Both the position numbers and the translations under genes were made by a program. A model generated the notes under the pieces. The model ran no database searches, had not been told where the DNA came from, and was given only the letters and a program-made list of their open reading frames with translations. DNA of 64,000 bases. Origin: Octopus bimaculoides. Taxonomy: Eukaryota. The stretch covers positions 4,398,112 to 4,462,111 of the forward strand of contig NC_068988.1 in NCBI RefSeq assembly GCF_001194135.2, in the 5' to 3' direction. Below, one piece after another: positions 12,876 through 25,314 of the stretch (its first letter is position 1; the number at the start of each line of letters is the position of its first letter).

Positions 12876-13914
12876 AACACACACATACACACACACTTGC
12901 AAACATATATGTATATATAGAGAGGGAGTAAGAATAAAGAAATAAAGAGAATATCAAAAATAAAACCATGTACTTGGTAAGATTTGAACCATTATTGTCA
13001 AGTAATTGTCTGATATTTTGCGGGTATTCAGCAAAACATCATTTATTTTCCTGTTTCCATTCATTCATAAACTGTGTAATATATTACATAATAGTGAAAC
13101 AGGTGCCCCTTCACAAACAGCTGTTTAATTTAAACCAACTATTTCAGTTTATTTATTGTTTACTGACATCTTTTTATATTTTTATTTTTTTACTGAGTTT
13201 TGTTATTTCTTTCTAATGGCTAATGCTTCATTAAACAAGTTGTCAGGAAATAAATGCAAGTGATTCAATTAACTTTATAATCCAACATCGTTAGTTTGAT
13301 AATTAGTGGGCTTGGAAATCTTATTTCCTGTCATCCTTACTCTTTCCTATATTTCCAAATTGGTAAACGTGAGCACTGAATGTTAAATGAAATGTTTGTT
13401 TGTGAGGGATTCAAATTTACTGTTTGCATATTATATTACACACTCGGTTGAGAGAGTTGACGTTGTTCATTTGCTATATTTTCTTCATATTCTGGATGGA
13501 AATTCTGCTTTTACAGTGTCAGCTTAAAACCTATAAAACTTAGCAGCAGTTAGTAAATATGTAAGCCTTTCAAACGATTTGAATAATAAAGCTGGGTGGA
13601 CACACTGCAGTAGTTGAAATTAAAAATACTGGAACAGTTCAAGAAAGAAAAAAAGATTCAGGAGGAATTAATTGGTCTTGTTGCCAAATAAAAAAAATAG
13701 CTACTTTATTGTTTAAAAAGCTGAAGGTTATTTTGATGCTTTTCATCTATCTGGATGTAAGAATGTTTCTTCTTTTGTTTTTTTATCAACTAAATAAAAT
13801 GAAGAGGAGTTATGTAATCATTCAAGACATTCTGTCTGAAAAGAAGTTTGAACTGATGATCCATTGGTTTTTTTTACATAGAAACAGTCTGTATACTATG
13901 ATGAAACCGATTAT

Positions 13915-14070
13915 TATCATCATCATCATTATTTAACGTCTGCCTTTCATGCTGTCATGGTTAGGACGATTTGACTGGAGTTGGCCAGGCAGAAACTTGC
14001 ACCAGACTTCTGTGTCTGTTTTGGCAGGATTTTTACAGCTGGATACTCTTCCTAACACCAACCATCCATA
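13915..14070 (-). mobile_element. RTE-family 3' end fragment with (GAT)n tail
   Basis: catcatcattatttaacgtctgcctttcatgctgtcatgg...tacagctggatactcttcctaacaccaacc is homologous to 25315-25465. Confidence 0.8.
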
Positions 14071-14697
14071 TATTTTACATTATTATATTCTATTTATTTA
14101 TTTTATTGCTATGTTATCGATGTTGTCATTTTACACACCTGTGCCTATATGCAATGTTGTCTGCTCTTCTAAACTGTCAGTTGTGCACCACCCACAAACT
14201 AAGCTTACTTAAAGCACCTGTCTCCTCTCATATGAAGCACTTGAATCAATCCTTTTGCTCCAGAATGATACACTTCGAAAATTCCATCATGTCTACGTTC
14301 TCTTATATTAAACTCATCAATCTAGGAGGGAGTACAAATTATTTCACTGTATTGATTTGTCAAAGTATTTAATTTTTTTTAAAAATGACAGTAGTCTTAT
14401 TTAACCAATGTAACCTTAATTAACTCCCCTTTAACACCTCAATTCCATATGCACACTATTATACTGATAATACCATCTTGTACAAATGTTTCTTGCTTAC
14501 AATTCCAACATTCCTCCACCGAAAGAAAAAAAGATTCCTGTATTCATTACTTCGGTCAGTGATTACTTGACAATTCTGTTACAGTTGCAATTACCTGAAC
14601 ACTGGCATTTGACATCATTCGAGCAATCAAAATAATATTAGTCCACAACTATTCTAGAACATTATACAATTTAAATTACTACAGTCATATTATCACA

Positions 14698-14760
14698 CTA
14701 CTACTACTTCTACTACTACTACTACTGCTGCTTATACTGCTGCTGCTGCTGCTGCTGCTG

Positions 14761-14810
<50 letters not shown>
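14698..14810. repeat. (CTA)n/(CTG)n microsatellite
   Basis: Visible. Confidence 0.95.
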
Positions 14811-14812
<2 letters not shown>

Positions 14813-15964
14813 ACATATTTGCTAAATATTTGCTAGGGATACTCTACATATGTAACAGTTACAAATGTAACAAACCCTTTGGCTTTTTTGTTAAAACCAT
14901 ATCAGTCTAAACAGGTGCTAATTACATGATTTAATTAGTGCCATTCTTATACACGATGCTGGATACTTGCTATAATTTCCCAGATAATTTACTAAATCTT
15001 GGGAAAATATGTTTAATTGCTCATACTCTCAACAATATTTTTTAATCTTGTTTTCTTTGTTCCTCTTCGTCTACACATTTAATAAAACACTTCAACACCA
15101 TTAATACATTATTTCCACTCTTATCATTCTTATATATTTGTCTAATCTTACATTTCTCTCTTTTCCAAAAATTCTTTGTATTCATGAATTTTGTCCCCCA
15201 GCATTCCATTTAAGCTATAAATTCATGAAATTCCCCCAGTTTTCCTAAGAAATCCCCAAAATTTAATTAACCTTCTTCAGCAGCAGACAAGAAAATGGTA
15301 GAGAAGTAATGCATGCTGGGTTGTCTACAGGATATGTTTTAATGATTTGCCTGTAATCATAGATGAGTAGCATTCCTTCAGTTATTCTGAATGACAACAA
15401 TGCCAGCAGCAACAATAACATACAAAAAACAGCAGCAAAAGTTTGATGCAAAGAGATATAAAGAAGAAGAATTAGTTTGTATTTACAGAAAGGTTGCCAT
15501 TTACTTGTGGAGTTCCAGAGTTTATTTCGGGAGTGATTATAAAGTTATAAAGTGAAAACTAATCTGGATTCTATGTCTTCTTTTCTCCATCATTAGCAAA
15601 GTATTTATCAGTCATTTTCCTTATTTACCAATCTTTGTCAGAGCCTTGACATCACATTTTTCTCTTGTGAATGAAAGTGACTATCTTAAAGGAACCGGTT
15701 CTGGATATTTCAAAAGTCATCATTATCTTATCCATGCTTACATGATTTCTTGATGTAGACTTTCTATGGTCAAATGCTTTTGTGTCACCAATCAACCCCC
15801 TTATGGCCAGACAAATTTCCGTGGGATTATAAGTATGCTCCAGCATGGTCACAGCTGCATAGTTGAAACAAATAAAAGAATAAGATAAAATGACACTGCT
15901 TCTACGAAAGTGTCAGCTGCTTATAACTATCATATAATGGTGAGGAAGCAAACATACATGTACA

Positions 15965-16110
15965 TCTGGGAGGATTCTTTCAATTTCTATCTATGAAAGG
16001 CTCATGTTATTGTCAAAGATGCTTGTCTAAGGTGCCATGCAACAGGACTGAACCTGAAGCAACATAGTTGGAAAGCAAACTCTTTAATCATATAACAATA
16101 CTTGAGCCCT
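15965..16110 (-). mobile_element. Decayed SINE of the 47291 family (related fragments ~11850-11990, ~30215-30325, ~30350-30435)
   Basis: gatgcttgtctaaggtgccatgcaacaggactgaacc is the reverse complement of the ggttcagtcc...ggcaccttaggcaa core. Confidence 0.6.
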
Positions 16111-16347
16111 TGATTTTTAATCATTTTGCTCCCTCTGCAAGTAATTAATTCTGATCATTCTACAACTATTTATACAATTAAATTAAATTTTATAATGAAT
16201 CACAAAAGTTTACAAACAATATCTCCAGTCTGTGATTCTTCCTCATCCAATAAATATTTATTCTAAAACTTAATTGAAAATATAAAAGAACATTCCAATA
16301 AATTCTGTCAACAATGCACTCTCTGAACACTCCAAGTGCTGATTTGG

Positions 16348-16487
16348 ATAATAATAATAATAATAATAACAATAACAATAATAACAATAATAATAATAAT
16401 AATAACAATAATAATAATAATAACAATAACAATAATAACAATAATAATAATAATAATAACAATAATAATAATAATAACAATAATAAC

Positions 16488-16535
<48 letters not shown>
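16348..16535. repeat. (TAA/CAA)n microsatellite
   Basis: Visible. Confidence 0.95.
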
Positions 16536-16537
<2 letters not shown>

Positions 16538-17092
16538 ATGCCCTGATGCAGTACGAGGCACTGGCTCTAATGGCTTCTGGTCTTAACTGATTGGAAGTTT
16601 TATCATGTACATTGTTTTGTCTCGGTATAAAAGATGGGCTACAGCAAATATTCTGCTCAATACCACAGATTTGCTTGTAACAAGATTGACCATAACCAGA
16701 TGAGCATGTCACTTCTTGGCTGACGATATGTGCATCCCTGATCATGAGCAGAAGTAGTGGGAGAGCATCATAGCCATGTGTTGAAAGGAAGTCTTTGGGT
16801 TTGAATAATCTACTTCTGGAAACATATGTGTTTTGTCCATCATTCTTAAACAGCCCTTATTCAGGGACCTTTTGAGAAGGATGGGATACTTGACTTGAAG
16901 AAAATTCTAACTGGACCCCACCTGCGAGGTCGTGCGCTGTTTATCTTGATATGAGATCACCATGTCGTGCACATATGGTTGTGATGCATGTGCCTGGTGT
17001 ACCCTTATCAGACGGGTAGTCATGATGGGTATAATGGGCTTTGTATATTTTACTCCAGTGTCACTTTGATGGCATGCACTGCTCTCTCACTC
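16536..17092 (+). mobile_element. ~555-bp non-coding retroposon embedded in (TAA)n; probably the long 3' UTR of a Dong-like family or its partner SINE
   Basis: (TAA)n lies on both sides. Its last ~65 nt (gggtataatgggctttgtatattttactccagtgtcactttgatggcatgcactgctctctcact) match the tail fused to a Dong ORF at 62998-63062 (minus). Confidence 0.65.
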
Positions 17093-17125
<33 letters not shown>

Positions 17126-17126
<1 letters not shown>

Positions 17127-17450
17127 GGCACTTGGAACACTAACAAAAAGATTAGCTGTCATCCCATTCGTTACTGGGGCAGTAACAATCAAGTTTGAGA
17201 AATATTTTGGAGAAATTAGAATTGACATGAAGGCAAAGCATGCTCAAAAAACTGCTCTATTGGGGACAGAATTTTGCTTGGGTGTTGAGTATCTTCCAGA
17301 ATATTTAACGCCCAAGTTCCAAATCTTATAATTCGTGGAAAGAGACATCGGATTACAGGTTGTTGTCTGCTCTCACAGAATCAACCAGAGTAAGTAAGAT
17401 CAAGAGCTCTGAGAAGTAAAATGTAATAATAGTAATAATAATAAGAAGAA
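17126..17450 (+). mobile_element. R4/Dong-clade non-LTR retrotransposon 3' fragment (RLE C-terminus, UTR, TAA tail)
   Basis: VIPFVTGAVTIKFEKYFGEIRIDMKAKHAQKTALLGT matches the RLE-domain end. TAA repeats flank both sides. Confidence 0.8.
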
Positions 17451-17629
17451 GTTTTAGCAAACATAGAAAGTACTAGAAAAGGCCTACACGTTTTTTTTTT
17501 TTTTTTTTGGGGGGGGGGCGGAGCGTTAAATGTGATGTCATTGTATGAATGATTTCAGTGCTGCTGAAATCATCCACAGGATGACATCGTCATTTAACAG
17601 CTCCCCCCCCCCACCAAAAAAAAAATGTG

Positions 17630-17765
17630 TAAGCCTTTTCTAGTAATTTCAGCAAATTTTTTGAGTGGGGGTGTGAGTCGATTACTTCGACCTCAGTACT
17701 TGATTAGAACTTTATTTTATCAACCTCAAAAGGATAAAAAGTGAAGTTCACCACTGTATTTTTGA
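17630..17765 (-). mobile_element. Decayed SINE of the 59709 family
   Basis: gagtcgattacttcgacctcagtac...tttattttatcaacctcaaaaggat is the reverse complement of the core atcctttcggggtcgataaa. Confidence 0.6.
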
Positions 17766-19149
17766 ACTTTGAAAATAAATTTCTGGAACAAGTATTTCAG
17801 AAACACTTTTTTTTTTTTTGTTTTAATGATTTTTCCAACTCATCATCATCAACAACACATGCACACACAATATGATCTCTTCCCTACAAAGATACACATG
17901 CACTACCCTAAGGGCTGTCCATATGATTTCTGTCTTCACACATCTGTGTGCACAGGTTATTAGGTATTTCAGTCGGAAACTGATGATCTTGGCAATCCAA
18001 GGGTCCTACCATTTGCTTCCAGTTCTTAAATTGTTAGTCAGTTTCTTGCCTGATATAGTGAGTCATAGCTGCGGCATATGGCACGGCATGTATGTGGCAC
18101 TATTATACTACGTTACTCCTTCCCTTCATTGTGTTTATTTAAAGTATTTGATATATTTGTTCCATATTTTCTCCCAATGTTTGATCTCAACCATCTCCTC
18201 CCACCTGATATGTTTTTATTATGTTAATATCTCAGTAAAATCATAGTTATTTGACTCAAATGGTATTTTCCCTCTGAGAGATGTTCGCAGTTTTTGGAGT
18301 ATCTTATTTCTCATGTCATTTGTTGATTTAAAGGTTTTCTCTTGCTTCTCAGATTGTTTTATTGGTAAACATTTTTGTAATATGGATTCTGTTTCTCTTC
18401 TCCCTGTTTGACATCTTTTTCCCTCTTACATATATTTCACTCTTTCATTCGTTTGTAGCCGGGACAAATGTTTCCTTTCATCCATGTTCATCGATTTTAT
18501 TTTTCCTTCTTTTTATTGTCTTCATTGTTTATGTAACTTTCGGTTCATTGTTAACTGATCGATTGGATGCAGCTTGTGTTTCTTGTTCTTATTGTTGTTA
18601 CGCAAGGGATGACTGCGCTTGTACTTTTCTCGTGGCTGTGTTTTTGGTGTAATGCTTCCACAGGGACTTCTAAGGTCTTCAGCATTTTGGATTTCAGTTC
18701 TTTTTGTATTCATTTATGATTTGTTGATAGATTTTTTTCCCATGGTGGCAGAGGTGAGAGTGGGCGGGCAGTGTTTTCCTTTCCTTCCCTTTTTTTTAAA
18801 CTTTGTTACCAGCAGTTTACTTTCCATTTCTCTTTGTCACAAAGCCTTTGATTCACTGATAGATTGCTTCTTAGTTGTCGATTTGAAGAACTGAAGATGC
18901 GGCGTGCCTTCAGCCATCCTCTCACCTGTAATAAGTGATGCGACCAGCAATTCTATTCAAACGGATTCTTTAAAATCTACTGCTCTACTACTCTCAACTG
19001 TTTCCAAACAGAACACCCTCAAATGGCTCTTACTGCTGCAAGTGTAGCAACTAGGAATCCTGTCTTACACAACCACAGAACTCTGTTATTTTTCAATATA
19101 TCTTCCTTACTGCTGTTTCCCACATGTCAATTAGATAAATGACGATTGA

Positions 19150-19470
19150 CAGAATTTAAATACGACTGAGGTCAACTTTGCCTTCATCCTTCTGGGGCCA
19201 ATAAAATGAAATAACAGTCAAGTACTAGAGCCAACGATATCGACTAACACCCTCTCTTCAAAGTTACTGGTCTTGCTCCTAAAATAAAATTGATTATAGA
19301 GTGATGAGTTAGCAGAGACTTTAGAATATTGGGTAGAATGCTTGGCAGCATTCGTTGCAGCTTCCTGCACTCTTAAGTCCTTTCCCAGACGAATTTGCTT
19401 TTTGTCCTTTGAGAGTCAATAAAAGAAAGTAGGAGTCAAATGGGGGGGGGGCAATTCAATTGACAAACGC
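19150..19470 (+). mobile_element. Two decayed SINE copies of the 59709 family in tandem
   Basis: gaggtcaactttgccttcatccttctggggccaataaaatg and gaatttgcttttgtcctttgagagtcaataaaag. Confidence 0.55.
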
Positions 19471-19624
19471 ACAACCTCCTCCCACCACTCAGACTTTTGG
19501 CATTTCGTCTGTATTAGAAACAACCACTATGATCATCGGCCATCCAAAATCATTGGACTGAGGTGGCACCTTCAGTTGTCAAATGCCTGTATTATTATTA
19601 TCATCATCATCAGCATCATTATTA

Positions 19625-19696
19625 CATGCTTTAATCTTGCTTTGTATTTGTACAAGTTGACTCCAAGTCTCACCCAGCGACCTCAAGAGACAAGTT
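19625..19696 (-). mobile_element. 3' terminal remnant of the Dong subfamily seen at 63765-64000
   Basis: tttgtacaagttgactccaagtctcacccagcgacctcaagagacaa matches 63786-63830. It is flanked by ATT/ATC repeats. Confidence 0.8.
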
Positions 19697-19730
19697 ATTA
19701 TTATTATCATTATTATTATTATTATTATTA

Positions 19731-19997
19731 TCACAGGTTTTGCTGGAACTCCTAGAGCCTTGCATGTGTAGTGGGCTTGCTACCTGCAGCCTACAGTACC
19801 ATGCTATCAGTTCTTTTCAGCTGACTAATACTTTCCTGATCATTCTGGCCATGCCAAAGAGGCAAACTTTTTGTAACAGTTCTACTGGGCACTCTATTCC
19901 AATTTTTTTGATATTCCTCGATGCCTTCTGATATTGCTCCCAAGGACCCTACAATAATTGGCACTATCTTCTTCATTTTTCATAGCTGGGATATTTC
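19731..19997 (-). mobile_element. R4/Dong 3' fragment (RLE C-terminus, UTR, TAA tail)
   Basis: MKKIVPIIVGSLGAISEGIEEY, then frameshifted LQKVCLFGMARMIRKVL. Confidence 0.85.
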
Positions 19998-22204
19998 ATA
20001 TTTAAGAGGGTTGTCGTATCTGCTATCATTGATAAAAACTATGCTTTCACAAGTTGATTCAATAAAGCCAAAATATATTAAGAGTTGTCACTACAATGAT
20101 CAGATACACATCCACTGCATTGCTCAAATTTATTTTTAAAGAAAATTAATTCATTAAATTTTCTTTTAAAAAAATGTTTTTAAAATTCATTGAAATTTCA
20201 GAGTTACTTCCGCTGCCTTTCTTGACTAGAACTGCTCTCTGAACTTATGATTCTTTCTCCTAATGACAGGTGTAATATAAATGAATAAATATTTCTCAAT
20301 TCACTGCAAACAATATGTTAGCACCAACCTAACAGTTTGTCTTTCATGCAGAACATGGCGGCCATGGATTGTTTTCCCAAGTTGAAATTATGTAACAAGC
20401 TTGCACTGGGGTTAGTTCAATAAACCTACACTTTTGAAACCATTTACCAATGCTTGAAATCTTTATTATTTCCTTGATTTAGTTTCTCTCTTCCCTACGG
20501 CTGTCTCTTTTCTCTACCTTTTTTTCTCTCTATTTGCTCTCTACTTTCACCTTCTCTTCCCATCTTCACCATCTGCTTTTCTTTTTCTTTTTCTCTTTTT
20601 TTCTTCAGCTTCTTTTATTTGATCTTCTGTATCAATATTTAGCTTTGTACGATGGTGCATTATATAATTCTTCTGGCTTCTTCTAGGTGTACATGCTCTC
20701 ATATAGTAGACACACCGCATCAAAATCTGTTCCAATGACTTCTATGTGACATCTCCATTTTAAGCAGAACTACTCTGTGCAAGAATTGTCTCCTTACATT
20801 CTTGGAATCTGAACGGGAATATCCTCCATGTTTTCATGGATTCTTTCTTAGTTTTTATTTCTCTATTCCCAGCCATCTACACACTCTCCCTTCTCTCTCT
20901 CTCTCCTTATATAATCCCAGTCTATCTGGCTGTCTTTCTGCCTGTCACTTTCGCCTCCATATCTTTGCTATAATCCCCTTATCTCTATCTGTAGCTGCAT
21001 CAATATTGGTACAACTTACACTAGATAATCTGCTGACCTTAATCCTTTCTTTAAAACTTTACCATTTTATTGACTCTTAATTTTCTCTCCCTCTCCTTCC
21101 CCCTCTCTCTCACTTCTCTCTCACTTCTCTCTCACTTCCCCCTGTCATGTTTTTTGTTCAATTTTAAATGTTTTTGTCCCTCACCAGTCATTCTTTCTCT
21201 TATGCTCTTTCTTTCTCTTTCTCTCTGTTTGTGTTATTTCCTTGCTCTTTATTTCCTGCTTTCTATTTCCTAACAGTCTCATATCCCATTTCTCTAATCT
21301 TTTATATAACCACCCCACTTCTTACTTTTCTCACTTCATTCCATTATTCCATGTTCTTTCTCTGTTCTCACCTCTCCTTTGCTCTTCTCTGTCCACATTC
21401 CCTTCGTCTAATCATTCTCTTTATTCAACTCATTTTACTCTCTCTTTCTCTCTCTCTTTTCTCTTTAGTTATCTTTTCAATGTTTCTGTATTTGTATATT
21501 TGATATTTGTTTATGCTATCATGTCTGTTTTGCCATTCTTTGTCAACCAGAAATACAACAGTTCTTCATTTTCTATTATGTTTGCTCGAGATTTTCCCAA
21601 ACATTCTCAAAACACTGTTTACACAAAAAAAATCCAGAGAAATGAAAAAAATACAATAAAATAAAAAGCAGTATCAATAACTGACCATTCCTGTTTCCTT
21701 TACTGATTACTTCCATTGATATTCTACATTTTCACAGAATCATATTTGTTTTCTATTAATATTCTTTCAGTATATTATACAGCAATGTATGCAGCTTTAT
21801 GCAATCTTAATATGGAAGAATAGAAAAATCTACAACTTGCTGCAAGGGAATCGAATTATTTCATTTTATTACGTACAACTAACAATTGAAAACTTACTAT
21901 CGTTTTAGACCCATCGTCGCTTATAATAGGGATAAATGGGGAATACAGAAGCATGATGAACGTACCTAACAAGCAGCTGTAGGTTCATGTTGTTTTAAAC
22001 GTCCTTACAATGTGGACATCGACTGTCCTGGATTCTATACGCTTACAATTACTAACCAACATTTTCTCCTTTGAATTTCAAATGCCATTGCTTTTATATC
22101 TATGCATCTTCCTCTTGACTTCTCTTCCCTCGACTTTACTTCAGCTCTCCTTCTTTTTTCCTTCTCCTCACCATCACAAACACCCACACCTATACTAATC
22201 ACAC

Positions 22205-22524
<320 letters not shown>

Positions 22525-22659
22525 GTATATATATATATATATATGTTGAGACCATATTTTGTTATGCAACCAAAATATACTATCAAGAATACTAAAGGCT
22601 TATAAGGATTATATATAATATATTATTATATTATATCATATTATGTATTCACAGCATCT

Positions 22660-22848
22660 ATGTGTTCACCAGACATCAAGTGCTGTTATACACTGCTGGT
22701 CATAATGATCTTCCAATTCTGTCTCCATTGCGCCATTGTATCCTTCTTAGCCGAAATCGCTTAACTAAATCGTCTTCCAATTGTTGTGGAGGCCTCCCAG
22801 GTGGCATTTTCCGACCTCTTGGATACCACTCAGCAACTGTATAGGTCA
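22660..22848 (-). mobile_element. RTE-clade LINE ORF C-terminal fragment
   Basis: Minus strand reads TVAEWYPRGRKMPPGRPPQQLEDDLVKRF, the EWxPRxxKRxxGRP motif of RTE ORF ends. Confidence 0.65.
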
Positions 22849-23439
22849 GTAAAACCTGTATTTTTAGTATTCAGCCAGTACGTCGTTTACTCTGCTCGAG
22901 TTATCATGAAATAAAGTGAGATAATTCTAAATAGCATATATCATATATACATGTGTGTGTGTGTATTTAAATGTTTCTCAATTGTACAATATTAAGTCCT
23001 TGTTGAAGCGATATAATTCATTAAACATGTGGTGTCTTATTGTATCTTGCTGGCGAGACTAGTTGTTGGGAATATGTAGAGATGGACATGCAGATGAAAT
23101 ATCAAAATGAAGAGGAGGCAATGATGCTTCCTATAAATATCAGCAATATATTTGAGAGGATATGTAATATAAGGAGTGAAAAGAATAGGATTAACTTAAA
23201 TTGTCCCTGGAATTATCCGACAAGCCCGTCTTCTACAGGTGTTTAAAACTCATTAACATTAAATAAATAAGGGTAATAAATCTTATTTTAATAGATATTC
23301 GAAATTTATCATCATCTTTGATGTAATCGTTGCTGCCTGCACAATCAACATCTTCGTCGTTGTTGAACTTGTCGTACCTTCCATCATTACCGTCGTCGTC
23401 GTCGTCATCACCACCACCACCACCACCACCACGGGGCTA

Positions 23440-23594
23440 CTATTTCTTGGAAGGCATCTTGTTTAATTCTACATTGACTGGTGTATCATAGAAACTAACT
23501 GAACGAAGGTTATTTTCTGTGAATCTGTTGGTCGCTTCTAACATTTTCAACAGGTCATGTGACTGCGTACATACTTCTTTGTTGACTCGTATTT
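23440..23594 (-). CDS. Candidate terminal coding exon (EIRVNKEVCTQSHDLLKMLEATNRFTENNLRSVSFYDTPVNVELNKMPSKK*)
   Basis: Pyrimidine-rich acceptor ttcaaccgtcttccctcaactaaag, 51 open codons of non-repetitive composition, and a TAGTAG stop. No homology recognised. Confidence 0.2.
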
Positions 23595-24903
23595 CTTTAG
23601 TTGAGGGAAGACGGTTGAATAAATAAATTTCAATTAATAAATTAATTTGCAGAGACAACCATCTCATTATAGTTAAGGCAAAGGGGTGACAACTCTGGAG
23701 TTTTAATTAATGAAAAATTGAATTACGCATGCAGAGAGAAGATGTAAATATTAGCTCCAGGAACAATATTAAGTTAATCTGTTCTTTGGCAAACATGGTA
23801 ACATTTCCGTCCATATTTAAGTGTTATTAGATCTCCCAAACCAAAGCAGAGCAATCACCAATTCTCAATGCTGACTGAAGACGATATGTTTGCAAGAAAT
23901 ATAACTGAGTGGGTTTATGAGAAACTACCTTGGGACGCCATCTGTATGAAATACGATAGCTGAGTGAGTGCTAAAATACTTTATGTACTGAGCGAAAATA
24001 TATTTCATTTAATCTAAATTACCTTTGTAGAAGGAAACATAGAATCTAATATCAATGAAATATAACCAAGAAAAAGGGAAGAAAATTTAAGACCCTTTTT
24101 GAATTAGGCATACAGTGAGGTAATGAGCAGCATCTTTGTTAACATTCCTTCATTTACTCTGTATATGTTAGCCATATTTTTATCTTCTACATTCCAAGTT
24201 TTTGGTAATGTAATTTCAAAGAATACAGACCATACTCTTCATTATTTTCATATTCTGTTGCAATCATTGGACAACAGACTTGCTGAACCATCTTCAAGTG
24301 TTCTAGTCGACCATAACGAAACCAGAATTTAGTTTATCGATCTCACTTTGTCAACACACCAATTCAACGTATAAAATATCATGGCGAAACGTAAACACGG
24401 ACACTCATACAAACACACTCACATATACACACGCATACATGTGTACGGATGTATATATTACTTCTAAATAAGCTAATAACTTTTACTCTCCGTGCTATTT
24501 TAAAAGGTAATATTTCATTATGTGAAGTTTTATAGTTTGATCAAGATTGGATCAGTACTAGAAATTAATGAAGTTTGGATAATAAAAATTGAGCTTTTTG
24601 CTTCCAGGTGGAAAGCAGAGCCTTCTGGCAGTACTTAATTTCACTTAGGTGAATTATATACCTGAGAGTTAAGTATGAGATAAGTTTGGTGGAATGCTAC
24701 AAATTTAGAAAGATAAACCAAATCGACGTATTATACTTCAGCAACGTAGATTCAGTCAACGAAGCTTGTGATTGATTTAAATCTAAACTTTATAAATCAG
24801 TCATTTCTGTTGGAAATGACATCGAAATCTGAAGATATCAAATTTGGTACATCGTCAAATTTACAAACCTTCAAACTAATACTGGTATATACGTATGTAT
24901 GTG

Positions 24904-24995
<92 letters not shown>

Positions 24996-25314
24996 TATGT
25001 GTGATATAGACATGTGTATACATACATGCTTATATGTGTGTATATCTGGAACAACTTTTTCAAATATGTTATACTGAAAACACTATTCCATTTAGTCTTC
25101 TCCAGATATTGTGCATTTCCTTGTTTAATTTGGTACAGCAAAGTTCCTAAGACCACCAACGTCTCTAGATTAACTTGCTTTCATCTTCCAGATAAGGTTG
25201 CTGTTTTTTATATTGCCATATTTTATCAGTGAGCAGGCAGAATCCTGGAAATAATGACGTGACTCATAAATTCATTTTAACCTGATTTAAAATTTAATTG
25301 TTAAATCCAATGTC

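Noticed and set aside
16536-17092. Possible 28S rRNA-derived sequence
   Set aside because: Only short scattered resemblances. The shared tail with a Dong ORF is a better explanation.
17960-18960. Lys-rich minus-strand fragments resembling a LINE ORF1
   Set aside because: There are many stops and no diagnostic motif I can name with confidence.
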